This document shows positions 1 to 10,148 of a stretch of 64,000 bases of DNA, one piece after another (position 1 is the first letter of the stretch; the number at the start of each line of letters is the position of its first letter). The position numbers and the translations under genes are program-made. Below the pieces are notes generated by a model that saw only the letters and a program-made list of their open reading frames with translations, did no database searches and was not told where the DNA came from. This DNA comes from an uncultured Thermoplasmata archaeon. Lineage in GTDB: Archaea; Thermoplasmatota; Thermoplasmata; Halarchaeoplasmatales; Halarchaeoplasmataceae. The DNA is taken from assembly GCA_964462425.1 (NCBI GenBank), contig CAYWYD010000002.1, positions 18,756 to 82,755 on the forward strand, read 5' to 3'.

Positions 1-35
1 CGGCAAAATTTAGGAGATCGACCGTAGAGGACGCA

Positions 36-683
36 TTGTTCGATTCGCCCTTTGACGGCCTGAGAAAACACTCTAATATCATAAAGAAAGCGATAAACGA
101 ATTCAAGAAAGGCGTCCACTTTTACAGCGAAGGTGAGTTCGATAAGGCCGAGGAATGTTTCGATAAAGTTTCCAAACTGGAACATAAGGCGGACAAGATA
201 AAAGTTCAGATCAGAGAAAACTTACCCCGATTCATCTTCATGCCGATCACGAGGGATGATTTTCTCACATTATTGAAAGAAGCCGACGCCATATTGGATT
301 TCGCCGAAGATGTAGGTGTGCTTCTACCTATGAGAGAAGAAGAGATACCGGATAAGGTGAAAGAAGATTTCAAAGAATTCTCCGTGGATGTATTCAACTC
401 TGTGGAGCTTTTTGAAGAGATGATGAATGTATTTTCTGAGCTGCTAGAATCGTCTTTCAGCAAGCAGTCAAAAGAAAGGGCTAGGGAACTTCAAAAAGAA
501 TTGAGCAAGAAAGAATATGAAGCCGATAAGATAGAGAAGAGGATCTCTAAAAAGTTGTTCAACTATGATGAAGAACCTTTGACCGCGGTACACCTCCTCA
601 AGGTGGTGGATAGGATGGACTCTATAGCGGATCACGCGGAAAACGTCGGAGATATGATCGACTCCACCTTAGAATCGAGATAA
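36..683 (+). CDS. DUF47/PhoU-related phosphate-transport regulator family protein
   Basis: 215-aa helical acidic ORF. It has two helical repeats with ADKI motifs (LEHKADKIKVQIRE; EYEADKIEKRISKKL) and a C-terminal DSIADHAENVGD, a layout I associate with the DUF47 (TIGR00153-type) family. It lies directly upstream of a PhoU-domain gene. Confidence 0.65.
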   Translation: MFDSPFDGLRKHSNIIKKAINEFKKGVHFYSEGEFDKAEECFDKVSKLEHKADKIKVQIRENLPRFIFMPITRDDFLTLLKEADAILDFAEDVGVLLPMREEEIPDKVKEDFKEFSVDVFNSVELFEEMMNVFSELLESSFSKQSKERARELQKELSKKEYEADKIEKRISKKLFNYDEEPLTAVHLLKVVDRMDSIADHAENVGDMIDSTLESR

Positions 684-767
684 ATCCAAACTATTAATCT
701 ATATATCTATACTTTATTGTAAATACTTTGAGGAAATACTAAATATCTTTAGCTTTTTTCCAGGCAC

Positions 768-1766
768 ATGCCCGAAACTAGAAAAGTTCAGATAACCGGC
801 GGTTCTACATTCATCGTATCTCTCCCTAAAGACTGGGTCAAGCAGAAGGAAATAGAAGCGGGGGATTCACTTGTCCTTTCCCCCCGAAAAGACGGTTCTA
901 TCGTCGTGAGTCCAGAGAGAGAATACGAGAAAAAAGCCAATGTCAAAGAGATAGATATAACGAACAAGCATCAGGATGCTTTGATAAGAGAATTGATCGG
1001 TACCTATATGGCCGGTTACTCCAAGATAAAACTCTCAGCTAAAAATAATATCGAGCCGGATCTAAGAAGCGCGATAATGGAGTTCACGAGGATGGTCATA
1101 GGCCCGGAAGTGATAGAGGAATCCGACAAGAGGGTCATACTCAAAGACTTGATAGACCCTTCCGAGTTTTCACAGAACAAAGGTCTGAAAAGGATGTACC
1201 TCATCGTCAAGAATATGCATGAAGACGCTATAAGGGCCTTCGATAAGAACGAGAGAGAGATGGCTAATGATATAATACAGAGGGATAAAGATGTCGATCG
1301 CCTTTTCTGGATGATCACGAAGCATTACAACATGGTCTTGAGCAATCCCCGCCTAATCGAAACTTTGGATATCACTCTAGAACGGAGCTTGAGCTACATG
1401 TTGGTCTCGAGAGCGATGGAACGTATCGGAGATCACAGTGTCAGGATCGCCGAGAACGTTATCAATCTGAAGAACGGTTTCGACGGTCCTTTGAAAGAGG
1501 AGATCATGGAAGAGAGCAAGCTAGCCATGGAGATACTAGAGAAATCCGCAGAAGCCTTTTTCAGCGAGGATCTCGATGATCTGAATCGAGCGATAGAGAT
1601 GAGAGCCGATCTGCTGAAGAAGAACGACGAGCTGATGAACCAGATAAAGGAGGAAAAGAAAGAGAACGTTACTCCATTATCCTATATAATCGAAAGTATT
1701 TCGAGGACGGGTTCTTACGCCACGGACATATCGGAGATCGGGATAAACTATATGATGTCGAAGTGA
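768..1766 (+). CDS. AbrB/SpoVT-domain + PhoU-domain phosphate uptake regulator (archaeal PhoU homologue)
   Basis: 332-aa ORF. The N-terminal SpoVT/AbrB-like segment (VQITGGSTFIVSLPKDWVK) is followed by two PhoU-type repeats (MERIGDHSVRIAENV; GSYATDISEIG). Confidence 0.7.
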   Translation: MPETRKVQITGGSTFIVSLPKDWVKQKEIEAGDSLVLSPRKDGSIVVSPEREYEKKANVKEIDITNKHQDALIRELIGTYMAGYSKIKLSAKNNIEPDLRSAIMEFTRMVIGPEVIEESDKRVILKDLIDPSEFSQNKGLKRMYLIVKNMHEDAIRAFDKNEREMANDIIQRDKDVDRLFWMITKHYNMVLSNPRLIETLDITLERSLSYMLVSRAMERIGDHSVRIAENVINLKNGFDGPLKEEIMEESKLAMEILEKSAEAFFSEDLDDLNRAIEMRADLLKKNDELMNQIKEEKKENVTPLSYIIESISRTGSYATDISEIGINYMMSK

Positions 1767-1884
1767 ATAACGGTGATGATGTGGGCAGTAGAGAAAGTTG
1801 ATAAAAGAACTGTAAAATCTCTCCATGAAGTAGATGATTTAGATATACAGAGATGGAAAGGAAAAGAAGAGGAAGGTGGGTAAC

Positions 1885-2820
1885 ATGCATATATCGGTCA
1901 TCTTGCCCGTTTACAATGAAGAAAAAAATTTACGCAAGCTCTATAAAGAGTTGCGTGGAGTGATGAAAGATAATTATGATGAGTGGGAAGTTCTTTTTGT
2001 CGATGATGGTTCGACTGATTCTAGTTACGAGGTCATGAAGAAACTTAGAAAAAAGGATGATCACATAAAGATCGTCAAGTTCAGGAGAAATTTTGGACAG
2101 AGCGCGGCGCTGTCCGCCGCTTTTGATCATGCCGAAGGGGAAGTTATAGTTTCTCTTGACGCGGACCTTCAAAACGATCCGAAGGATATACCGAGGTTAG
2201 TAGATAAATTAGAGGAGGGTTACGACTGTGTCTCGGGATGGAGAAAGGATAGAAACGATCCCTTAGGGAAAAGGTTCGCCAGCTGGATACAGACACATCT
2301 ATCTATGAGGACGGGCCCGGAGATCCATGACTTCGGATGTACTTTAAAAGCCTACAGGAAAGAAGCGATTAAATCCATAAACCTCTACGGGGAGGGTCAT
2401 AGGTATATTCCGGCGAAGCTACATAAAAACGGCTACAAGATAACCGAGATGGTGGTGAATCACAGACCTAGAAAACATGGAAAGACCAAGTACGGTTTCA
2501 ACAGGCTGTTCAAAGGTTTTTTCGATCTTCTCTTCAGCTACTTTTGGAATCAATTTTCAGGCCGTCCGCTCCATTTTTTAGGAGGTCTAGGGTCGCTATT
2601 CATGTTAGTCGGATTCTTGATCGGCATGTATCGCGTTATAATGAAGTACGCTTTTGGGGTATCCATACTTCCACATCTTGCTCAACTTCTATTGGCCGTA
2701 GCTTTGATCTTGTTCGGCTTTCTAGTATTCATGTTCGGTATATTGGCCGAGATGCTGTCGAAAATATACTATGAAGATCGAAAACCGTACGTGGTCGAGG
2801 AAAGCCGCGGTTTCGATTGA
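1885..2820 (+). CDS. Glycosyltransferase family 2, polyprenyl-phosphate sugar transferase type (GtrB/ArnC/DPM1-like) with C-terminal TM helices
   Basis: N-terminal ISVILPVYNEEKNL and VDDGSTDSS, DAD (SLDADLQND) and two C-terminal hydrophobic helices. The tracked ORF starts at GTG 1876; the first ATG is at 1885. Confidence 0.8.
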   Translation: MHISVILPVYNEEKNLRKLYKELRGVMKDNYDEWEVLFVDDGSTDSSYEVMKKLRKKDDHIKIVKFRRNFGQSAALSAAFDHAEGEVIVSLDADLQNDPKDIPRLVDKLEEGYDCVSGWRKDRNDPLGKRFASWIQTHLSMRTGPEIHDFGCTLKAYRKEAIKSINLYGEGHRYIPAKLHKNGYKITEMVVNHRPRKHGKTKYGFNRLFKGFFDLLFSYFWNQFSGRPLHFLGGLGSLFMLVGFLIGMYRVIMKYAFGVSILPHLAQLLLAVALILFGFLVFMFGILAEMLSKIYYEDRKPYVVEESRGFD

Positions 2821-2852
2821 TATCGATCATTTGAGACATAGAGGTCTTACTG

Positions 2853-3686
2853 ATGATAAATAAAAAGGATCAGAAACAGCTGATAAGACAAATCGATTGG
2901 GATTATCTCATCGTTCTAGACGCATGTAGATATGATTATTTTGAAGAGATATGTGATTTCGAGGGCGAACTTTACAGGGTCGAATCTCCAGCTTTTAGTG
3001 ATAAAAAAGAGGACGTCGCCCCGACTTCTAGCTGGTATATCAACATATTTGACGAGATGTATGAAGAGGTATATCACGTCTCATCGCATCCAAGGGTCAA
3101 CTCTAAAACTCCGGTCGAGGGGTACAAAGGGTGGGAACATTTCGGGAAAGTTTACGATCTTTGGGATGAAGAGTGGGATGAGGAATACGGTACCGTTCTG
3201 CCTGAAGACGTTACCGAGAGAGGTGTAGAATTTATTGACCGAAACCCCGATAAGAGATTCGTAATACACTACATGCAGCCGCACACGCCGTATTTATCTT
3301 TAGATCCTCCCGCCGCAAAGAAAAAGAGAGAGCCCGAATCTAGGACCTCTTTCGGCAGAAAACTCAGGAACAAGATGGTGTCTAAAGCTAGAAAATATAT
3401 CGGGGACAAAGCGGCGGTAGAATTGATGAGTTTGCTTAGATTGCCCCCTTTGAGCCCGATGGACGATGCTCTAAGGAAAGTAGGTGGCGAAGGAGTCAAA
3501 AAAGCCTACCGTGAAAATCTTGTTAGGGTACTTGATTCTTTAGAGACTTTGATCCCTAAATTATCTGGTAAGATCGTCTTGACGTCTGACCACGGCGAAT
3601 TGTTGGGTGAGAGCGGAAGATATGGACACGATTTTGAAAGTCAAAAAACGCTTGTCGAAGTTCCCTGGTTCGTGATAGAGAAGTGA
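2853..3686 (+). CDS. Small soluble alkaline-phosphatase-superfamily protein (sulfatase/NPP/LtaS-like), paralog 1
   Basis: 277 aa. Motifs are DWDYLIVLDACRYDYFEE (metal-ligand Asp block as in NPP/sulfatase N-termini), PTSSW (candidate Thr nucleophile), HYMQPHTPYL and TSDHGELLGESGRYGH. There is no TM segment. Confidence 0.5.
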   Translation: MINKKDQKQLIRQIDWDYLIVLDACRYDYFEEICDFEGELYRVESPAFSDKKEDVAPTSSWYINIFDEMYEEVYHVSSHPRVNSKTPVEGYKGWEHFGKVYDLWDEEWDEEYGTVLPEDVTERGVEFIDRNPDKRFVIHYMQPHTPYLSLDPPAAKKKREPESRTSFGRKLRNKMVSKARKYIGDKAAVELMSLLRLPPLSPMDDALRKVGGEGVKKAYRENLVRVLDSLETLIPKLSGKIVLTSDHGELLGESGRYGHDFESQKTLVEVPWFVIEK

Positions 3687-3688
3687 AA

Positions 3689-4519
3689 ATGATGCTTGAC
3701 CAAAAAGAAGAGGTAAACGAAAGTGATTGGGACTACCTGTTGATCTTAGACGCCTGCAGGTATGATTATTTTGAAAAATTTTACGATGATTTTTTGTCCG
3801 GTCGGCTTAGGAGAGCAAGGTCACCGGTAGATTGTACGAAAGGTGTAGCGACGTCGGAATGGTGTAAAGCCGTCTTCACGGGAAAATACGATGACTTGAT
3901 CTATGTCTCGACCACGCCTCACGTCAATTCTTTCTCCGAGGTCAACGGATTCAAAGCCTCTGAGCACTTTTACAAGGTGATCGACGTTTGGAATACCAGG
4001 TGGGACGAGGAGAAGGGGACCGTATATCCCGATGAAGTAAACCAAGCTATGATCGAGACGATGATAGAACATCCAAAAAAGAGGATCATAGCTCATTACA
4101 TGCAGCCGCATTTCCCGTATCTCACATTGGATAATCCCTTCAACCCCAAGGATAAAGATCCTTCGGCACATGACAACATCAAACGTTCGATCAGAAATTT
4201 CTTTGGCTCTAGGATAAGGAGGACCATTGGAGGCGACCTGACCAGAAAACTATTGAGAAGCTTCAGGTTACCTCCTATAAATCCGATGGACGAAACTTTG
4301 AGAAGGGTGGGTCATGACGGGTTGATAGAAGCTTACGAAGAGAATCTAAAGGTTGTTCTAGAATCTTTAAGTAAACTATCGGACGAATTATCCGGGGAAG
4401 TTATAGTGAGTGCCGATCATGGTGAATATTTAGGCGAGAATGGATTTTACGGGCACTCCTATCTGCCTAAGCACTCAGCCCTGAATGAGGTTCCCTGGTT
4501 CAAAATGGAAACTCTTTGA
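3689..4519 (+). CDS. Small soluble alkaline-phosphatase-superfamily protein, paralog 2
   Basis: Same motif set as paralog 1 (DWDYLLILDACRYDYFEK, ATSEW, HYMQPHFPYL, SADHGEYLGENGFYGH). The alternative GTG start at 3683 overlaps the paralog-1 stop (GTGA). Confidence 0.5.
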   Translation: MMLDQKEEVNESDWDYLLILDACRYDYFEKFYDDFLSGRLRRARSPVDCTKGVATSEWCKAVFTGKYDDLIYVSTTPHVNSFSEVNGFKASEHFYKVIDVWNTRWDEEKGTVYPDEVNQAMIETMIEHPKKRIIAHYMQPHFPYLTLDNPFNPKDKDPSAHDNIKRSIRNFFGSRIRRTIGGDLTRKLLRSFRLPPINPMDETLRRVGHDGLIEAYEENLKVVLESLSKLSDELSGEVIVSADHGEYLGENGFYGHSYLPKHSALNEVPWFKMETL

Positions 4520-4522
4520 CTT

Positions 4523-5491
4523 CTAGACCTTTTTAGTTTGGGAGGATAGGTAAACAAACCCACCTATCAAAGAGCTGATAACCCCTAACAGCTGGACTAG
4601 AAATGATAACGATACCGCTTGTGCGGTCGTAGCGCCTACTTGGGTGAAGAAATATGCATACAGTACTTCTCTGACTCCAAAGCCCCTGATCGAGATCGGT
4701 AGGAAAAGTAAGACAGCTGTGATAGGGATGAATATGAAGAAGTATTGTATGGGCACGTTTATTCCGATAGCTAAGGCTAAGATATAGTTCGTGAGGATCA
4801 GCATCGTGTGGAATGCAAAGGAAATAAGCAGAGCGTGTCCTAGAGTTCTTTTCTTTTTGGTGTAAAGGCTTATCGAGCTGTAAAGCTTGAGCAGTTTCTC
4901 CCTTATAGAGAACGGATTGAAATTTTTAAACAGTCTTTTGATCAAACTTTTAAATCTATCCACAACGCTTTCCTTCCAGATCATTATGAAAGAGAGAACT
5001 ATCAGCGGTAGGAAGACGACATATATTGTAAAGATTATATCGATCGGTAATTCACTGAAATACAGTGTCGAAGCGGCGATAGCTAAACTCAAGATAGCTA
5101 TAAGCCCGGTAAACCTTTCCATGAATACCGAGGAATAGGCTTCTATCGATTTTTTAGATACCTTTGACATCTTATGAGCTTTTACGATGTCTCCTCCCAC
5201 GTTCGTAGGTAGAAATAGGTTGAAGAAAGTCCCGATGTAATATATCTTCCAGACGTGAAGGAAATCTTTGATCTCACCTTTTGCTTTTAATAAGATCTGC
5301 CACTTTTTTGCACTTATACCTACCTTAACGATAGTGATGCCTATTACGATAAGAAAAAATAATAGATTTATATTTTTAATCTCGTTCCATATCTTGTAGG
5401 GACCGGCAGTATAAATAACGTAGGATATCAGCGAGACACTCACTATTATCTTTAGGATCGTCTTTATCCTGTTTTTTCTCTTCTTTTTCAT
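4523..5491 (-). CDS. Flippase-like / lysylphosphatidylglycerol-synthase-TM-region family membrane protein
   Basis: 322-aa polytopic membrane protein with a Lys-rich N-terminus and about 8 hydrophobic helices. Its size and its position next to a GT2 are typical of the UPF0104 flippase-like family. Confidence 0.5.
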   Translation of the reverse strand: MKKKRKNRIKTILKIIVSVSLISYVIYTAGPYKIWNEIKNINLLFFLIVIGITIVKVGISAKKWQILLKAKGEIKDFLHVWKIYYIGTFFNLFLPTNVGGDIVKAHKMSKVSKKSIEAYSSVFMERFTGLIAILSLAIAASTLYFSELPIDIIFTIYVVFLPLIVLSFIMIWKESVVDRFKSLIKRLFKNFNPFSIREKLLKLYSSISLYTKKKRTLGHALLISFAFHTMLILTNYILALAIGINVPIQYFFIFIPITAVLLFLPISIRGFGVREVLYAYFFTQVGATTAQAVSLSFLVQLLGVISSLIGGFVYLSSQTKKV

Positions 5492-5568
5492 GACTTAAGT
5501 CCCAATTAAAGAAGAGGTATTTAATGATGAGTAATCAATTGGTTTTTAATGGCTCGATGAATAAAATA

Positions 5569-6168
5569 TTATCTGAAGCGCTGTATGTTGATAGCTTTAA
5601 ATATTTGACTGTAGAAACAATCTTCTTCTGGAAATTCTCTATCCGGTATCGGTTCTCCCAGGAAGGGACATAACTTATCCCAACCTTCTCCGTCGGGTAT
5701 ATCCATGATCAAAAGGTCGTCATATCTTCCCGAGAAATACGAGATAACATCTTCTTTATGTTCGGTGTAAGCCTTTCTAAACTTTTCTTCGTCGTAATCA
5801 ATAGCTCCATAAATCTCCTCGTGAAGGCGATTGAACCAGAAGTCTCCTTTGAGTATCTGTCCAGGCCAAAAATGACGACTGCAGGAATCCAGCCATTCCT
5901 CCAGCTCTCTCGTGGTGAGTATGAACTTGGATTCAGGGAAAGTTCTGTCCAATTCTTTATAAAATCTCGCGATCGGTAGATCGGAGAGGGCGTCATACTT
6001 ATCGGCCCCTGAAAAGTCTAATCCTAACCCCTCTTTATCATATTTCAACAGCCTTATAGGAAAATGATTTGCCTTATAACCCAATATTTGGAGAGCTTTG
6101 GTGAGGCTTGTCGTAGCTGTCTTAGATAGACCTACGCAGAAAACTTTATGTTTTTTTCCGCCCATCAT
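5569..6168 (-). CDS. Sulfotransferase-family protein (Sulfotransfer_4-like P-loop)
   Basis: KVFCVGLSKTATTSLTKAL resembles the PAPS 5'-phosphosulfate-binding loop, and FILTTRELEEWLDS is a second conserved block. The tracked ORF extends to 6267, but the conserved N-terminus begins at the MM pair (6168/6165). Confidence 0.55.
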   Translation of the reverse strand: MMGGKKHKVFCVGLSKTATTSLTKALQILGYKANHFPIRLLKYDKEGLGLDFSGADKYDALSDLPIARFYKELDRTFPESKFILTTRELEEWLDSCSRHFWPGQILKGDFWFNRLHEEIYGAIDYDEEKFRKAYTEHKEDVISYFSGRYDDLLIMDIPDGEGWDKLCPFLGEPIPDREFPEEDCFYSQIFKAINIQRFR

Positions 6169-6455
6169 CGTTTCTCCTTTCGCTCTATTCTCGAGAAGGG
6201 TAATGTAAAGCTCGCCCTTAAAAATTTGTCGCGTAGAGATGAAAAGGGATGGGAGTTCATCCTGCATCCCGCGAGTAGGTTATCCAAGTTGGGCATCTCT
6301 TTAATTCTCCTGCGTCGATTAATTGATAGCATTTATACGATCATCCAACATCTTTATATATACAAACGTTTTAAAACTCCATGAAGAATAATCCGCACTT
6401 TAATCCCCACGCAGAATATCACTCCCCTTATATTTTTACTACCCGGAGGCCTAAG

Positions 6456-7613
6456 ATGAATATCGCGATGGTTACTGATACATGGCTACCGACAAAAGAC
6501 GGCGTCGTCAATTCTATCATACAGTTCAGAGAAAGTCTAGAAGAATTAGGGCATCAAGTGTACGTTTTTGCCCCCGGAAAAGAGAATAAAGTTTCCGAAA
6601 AAGATGACAATGTTTTCTTTTTCAAATCTAAAATATTCAGACAATATCCCGATTATAGGATAGCTTTCTATCCTACAGGGAGAACTAAAGAACTACTCTT
6701 GGAAAAAGATATCGACGTTATTCATAACCATGGTATGGGCTTTATGGCTGTAAGAGCTATGGTAGCTTCAAAATTTTTAGAATTACCCTGCGTATTCAAC
6801 TTTCACACCTGGGTGACTGACGCTCTACATTATTCCCCGGTGCATTTACCCGATAGTCTATTGGAACGTTTAGCTTGGATATATTTACGATATCTATTGA
6901 GAAGGAGCGACACGGTCATCGCTCCGAGCGAAAAGACCTTGAAGGATTTAAAGGGAAGATGCTCGAATATGCATAACTCCACCGTCGTCGCTCCGCCGAT
7001 CGATAGGAGTCGATACAACAAGGACGTCGACGGGAATTCGATCCGAAAAAAATGGGGTCTTGAAGACGAAACTATGCTTCTCCATGTGGGCAGGATAGCT
7101 AAAGAAAAAAATCTAGAGCTGATCCTCGATGCCCTTCCCCACATAAAAGAAGAAAGACCGGACGTGAGACTTTTCGTCGTCGGCGATGGGCCGGCAAAAT
7201 CCTACTATGAATCTCTCGCTGCCGAAAAAGGCTTGGATGATATCATAACTTTCACGGGATTTGTCCCGGAAAAGGATCTTCCCAAATACTACGCTACTGC
7301 CGATGCTTTTCTTTTCGCGTCGACCTTTGAAACCTTGGGTCTGGTGATGCTGGAGGCTCTAGCGACCGGAACACCGGTTGTGGGATTAGATCACGGGGTG
7401 ATCCCGGAAATAATAGATCACGGGAACAACGGATTGCTTTTCGAAAAGGATCCTAAAGATTGTGCTGAGAAAACTCTTGAAGTGTTGAGATCCGAGAAAG
7501 AGATAGATAATAACTTCATCGAAAATATCCCTCTAGATAATTTAGAATGTGGAGAAAAATTGGAAGAAGTTTATGAAAACGCTATCCAGATAAAAAAAGA
7601 AAGGATAAGCTGA
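6456..7613 (+). CDS. Glycosyltransferase family 4 (GT-B fold)
   Basis: MNIAMVTDTWLPTKDGVV is a typical GT4 N-terminus. The C-terminal block ETLGLVMLEALATGTPVV matches E-x7-E. The tracked ORF start at 6381 adds an unlikely extension. Confidence 0.8.
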   Translation: MNIAMVTDTWLPTKDGVVNSIIQFRESLEELGHQVYVFAPGKENKVSEKDDNVFFFKSKIFRQYPDYRIAFYPTGRTKELLLEKDIDVIHNHGMGFMAVRAMVASKFLELPCVFNFHTWVTDALHYSPVHLPDSLLERLAWIYLRYLLRRSDTVIAPSEKTLKDLKGRCSNMHNSTVVAPPIDRSRYNKDVDGNSIRKKWGLEDETMLLHVGRIAKEKNLELILDALPHIKEERPDVRLFVVGDGPAKSYYESLAAEKGLDDIITFTGFVPEKDLPKYYATADAFLFASTFETLGLVMLEALATGTPVVGLDHGVIPEIIDHGNNGLLFEKDPKDCAEKTLEVLRSEKEIDNNFIENIPLDNLECGEKLEEVYENAIQIKKERIS

Positions 7614-7616
7614 ATT

Positions 7617-8411
7617 CTACAGTATAACCTCCGCTACGAACAATGCCCCTCCCATCACCATGAAGGCAACTCCTACCGTCCTTTTCAATCGTTCTTCAGT
7701 GGCGAGATTTGCAAATGTAGAAGCTGATCTAGAGCCGATCACTCCCCCTATGCTGCCTATGATGATAGCTGTCAACCTGATGTCCCCGTATAACATGTGG
7801 CCGATAGCTCCCGACGAAGCGGTGAATATCATTATTATGACCGAGGTACCAACGGCTTTATGGATGGGGAAATCTAGAGCTACAACGAGAGCGATCAGGA
7901 ACATCAATCCACCTCCGGCTCCTATCACACCGGCTACGATACCGATGCCCAGTCCCAGTAAGATAGATGACAAATGTTTTCTTTTTTGAAGTCTTTTTTT
8001 CACCGCTTTTACTATTTCCATCTCCTGGAGGTTTTTCCCGGTGTCCGTACTAGGCTCGATGAGAAATGCGATTCCGATACATAGAGTTATAAAACCGCTC
8101 GTCCCTCCGAGACTGGGAGAGGGGATCGGCGTGGAAAGCCAACTTCCTAGAAACGCACCGGTAACAGAGGCGGCCGCCATCTGCAGTCCGGCTCTCAGGT
8201 CAGTATTTCCATGCTCTCCATAAGTGTAGGCAGCCACCGACGAAGCAAAAACGTCTATCGCCAAGGCTATACCGATAGCTACGTATGCATTATAATCCAA
8301 AAAGATCATCAGAGCGGGAACGACCAGCGCGACCGCGCTGGCGCCTATAAGTCCGGTGATTACCCCGGCACCCCATCCAGCTAGAAACAATACCACGATC
8401 CAATATATCAT
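7617..8411 (-). CDS. TauE/SafE (TSUP) family anion permease
   Basis: 264 aa, about 8 TM, with Gly-rich repeats (GLIGASAVALVVPAL; GVIGAGGGLMFLIAL) typical of sulfite-exporter TauE/SafE-family duplicated halves. Confidence 0.65.
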   Translation of the reverse strand: MIYWIVVLFLAGWGAGVITGLIGASAVALVVPALMIFLDYNAYVAIGIALAIDVFASSVAAYTYGEHGNTDLRAGLQMAAASVTGAFLGSWLSTPIPSPSLGGTSGFITLCIGIAFLIEPSTDTGKNLQEMEIVKAVKKRLQKRKHLSSILLGLGIGIVAGVIGAGGGLMFLIALVVALDFPIHKAVGTSVIIMIFTASSGAIGHMLYGDIRLTAIIIGSIGGVIGSRSASTFANLATEERLKRTVGVAFMVMGGALFVAEVIL

Positions 8412-8618
8412 GCGTTATCTACCATAATTCAATATCTAAAGATCGATGAAGCAGATGATCCTTGATACAAACTCATAGGAAATGGTATAGGAGATTACTA
8501 TTTAAATATTTACTGAGATTAATTATCTCCGTTATTTTCCGTTCAGTCCTACGATCGGTCAGATAACTCATCCAGTTAACAAAAAAGATTATAATCAACT
8601 AAATTATAAATCAGCCCG

Positions 8619-10148
8619 ATGGAATTTAATAAGGATCTGCCTAGAAAGGCGATTAAGACCATCAGATCATGGTCTACCCAAAAAAAATTGTTGGTTCTGA
8701 TCGTAGTGTGGGCCTTGATATTTATACCGTCTATTGTTTCTTATACAAACGTTCATAGAGAAAAGAAATTTGCTTTTTTTCCAGAAGAGGCTTCATCCTT
8801 TGATACAGGGCAGGGAGACTGGGACGTGGTTACATCTCCTGAAGGCGAGCATGTAGGAGACAGGTACTTGATCGAGGTCAATGAAAGTGAATCTGTACGA
8901 TTTGAATGGATAGCTAGGAACTACACCGCCGAGATCCATATCGGGCAGATCAATGTTTACTATGAGACCTCATGGAACGACAGCGGCTTTATCAGATTAA
9001 ACAAGGCAGAAAAAGAAAACAAGAGTACGGATGAAAGATGGGTGGGAGAAAAACAGTTCCAGAATGATGGTGATGTAACATACTATTTTAGAGTGGATAA
9101 AGGTGATCTACCTAGATTCTATAAGAGGGCTTCAGTAATCATCGAGGGAGGTAATTTGTATGAAGATGTCAGGACAGGTCCTCCCCCTCTGATAAATTTT
9201 TACTTTATACCACCCACCCTTCTCGCTCCCTCTTTAGAATTCGGCGGATTTCTTCTGTCCTTCTATATCTACTTTTCTATTTTTATACTTTTGGATTCTA
9301 TGATGATATTTTTTCTTTTCAAAGAGTGGGGCGAGGATAAAGCGTTCATCTCATCCCTCTTGTTTATAGCAAATCCCATATCCATCTATACATTGTTTCA
9401 GGACGAAGGGATCATCGCCTTTACCATTATATTATCGCTGTTTTTTGTGATAAAAAATAGGAAAAATACAGGGGCCATATCTATCGGATTAGGGATCATC
9501 ACCAAGATCTGGTCCGGATTTTTAGCACCGGCCCAATTATATGACAAGGATAGTGCATTTAATAAAAGGATCAAAAGAGTCATCATATCCGCGGGAACAG
9601 CAGTTCTGATGCTGCTTTTGTTTTATCTCCTCTGGGGGCCAAAAACCCTGTGGTTTATAGGTTTTTATGGTGGTACCGCTTCTAAAAGTACGATCGGAGG
9701 GGTATCCATCTGGAATTCATTGATCCAAACACCGCTGCTATCTGAATCTATCATCCGAACTAGATTCATATTGGGTTTCATGGGGCTCTTTGAATTGGCC
9801 ATCCTTTACATCGCTTACAGAGAGGATTGGGATCCACTGCTCGTTTTCACTGCGACCCTTGCTTTCTTTTTGGCAGTCTATCCAAAGATACATTGGGAGT
9901 ACTATATCATGCTTCTCCCAAGCCTCCTCTTCTATTCGGTCAGGGATAAAAGAGTCTTCTCGATCTTTGTAGGGCTTTTAGTATTTTTAACTTCGGCCCG
10001 GATGATCCGATATTCACCTTCATATCCCGATCCTTTAACCACATTCTTCGCTCTTATATCCTCTACGATCTTCACTGTCCTGATACTATGGATGATCTAC
10101 CTGTTTTTCAGAGATGAAAAGTTTAAAGATTTTTACCGATCTTCTTGA
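8619..10148 (+). CDS. Polytopic membrane protein, GT-C-like (DUF2029/GT87-like) with N-terminal extracytoplasmic domain
   Basis: 509 aa. One N-terminal TM, an approximately 170-aa soluble beta-rich segment, then about 10 TM helices with short acidic loops (FKEWGEDKAF; FQDEGIIAF). The assignment rests on topology only. Confidence 0.3.
   Translation: MEFNKDLPRKAIKTIRSWSTQKKLLVLIVVWALIFIPSIVSYTNVHREKKFAFFPEEASSFDTGQGDWDVVTSPEGEHVGDRYLIEVNESESVRFEWIARNYTAEIHIGQINVYYETSWNDSGFIRLNKAEKENKSTDERWVGEKQFQNDGDVTYYFRVDKGDLPRFYKRASVIIEGGNLYEDVRTGPPPLINFYFIPPTLLAPSLEFGGFLLSFYIYFSIFILLDSMMIFFLFKEWGEDKAFISSLLFIANPISIYTLFQDEGIIAFTIILSLFFVIKNRKNTGAISIGLGIITKIWSGFLAPAQLYDKDSAFNKRIKRVIISAGTAVLMLLLFYLLWGPKTLWFIGFYGGTASKSTIGGVSIWNSLIQTPLLSESIIRTRFILGFMGLFELAILYIAYREDWDPLLVFTATLAFFLAVYPKIHWEYYIMLLPSLLFYSVRDKRVFSIFVGLLVFLTSARMIRYSPSYPDPLTTFFALISSTIFTVLILWMIYLFFRDEKFKDFYRSS

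Noticed and set aside
6381-6455. 25-aa extension of the GT4 ORF.
   Set aside because: The conserved GT4 N-terminus MNIAMVTDTW starts at 6456, preceded by GGAGG. The extension lies in the divergent promoter region.
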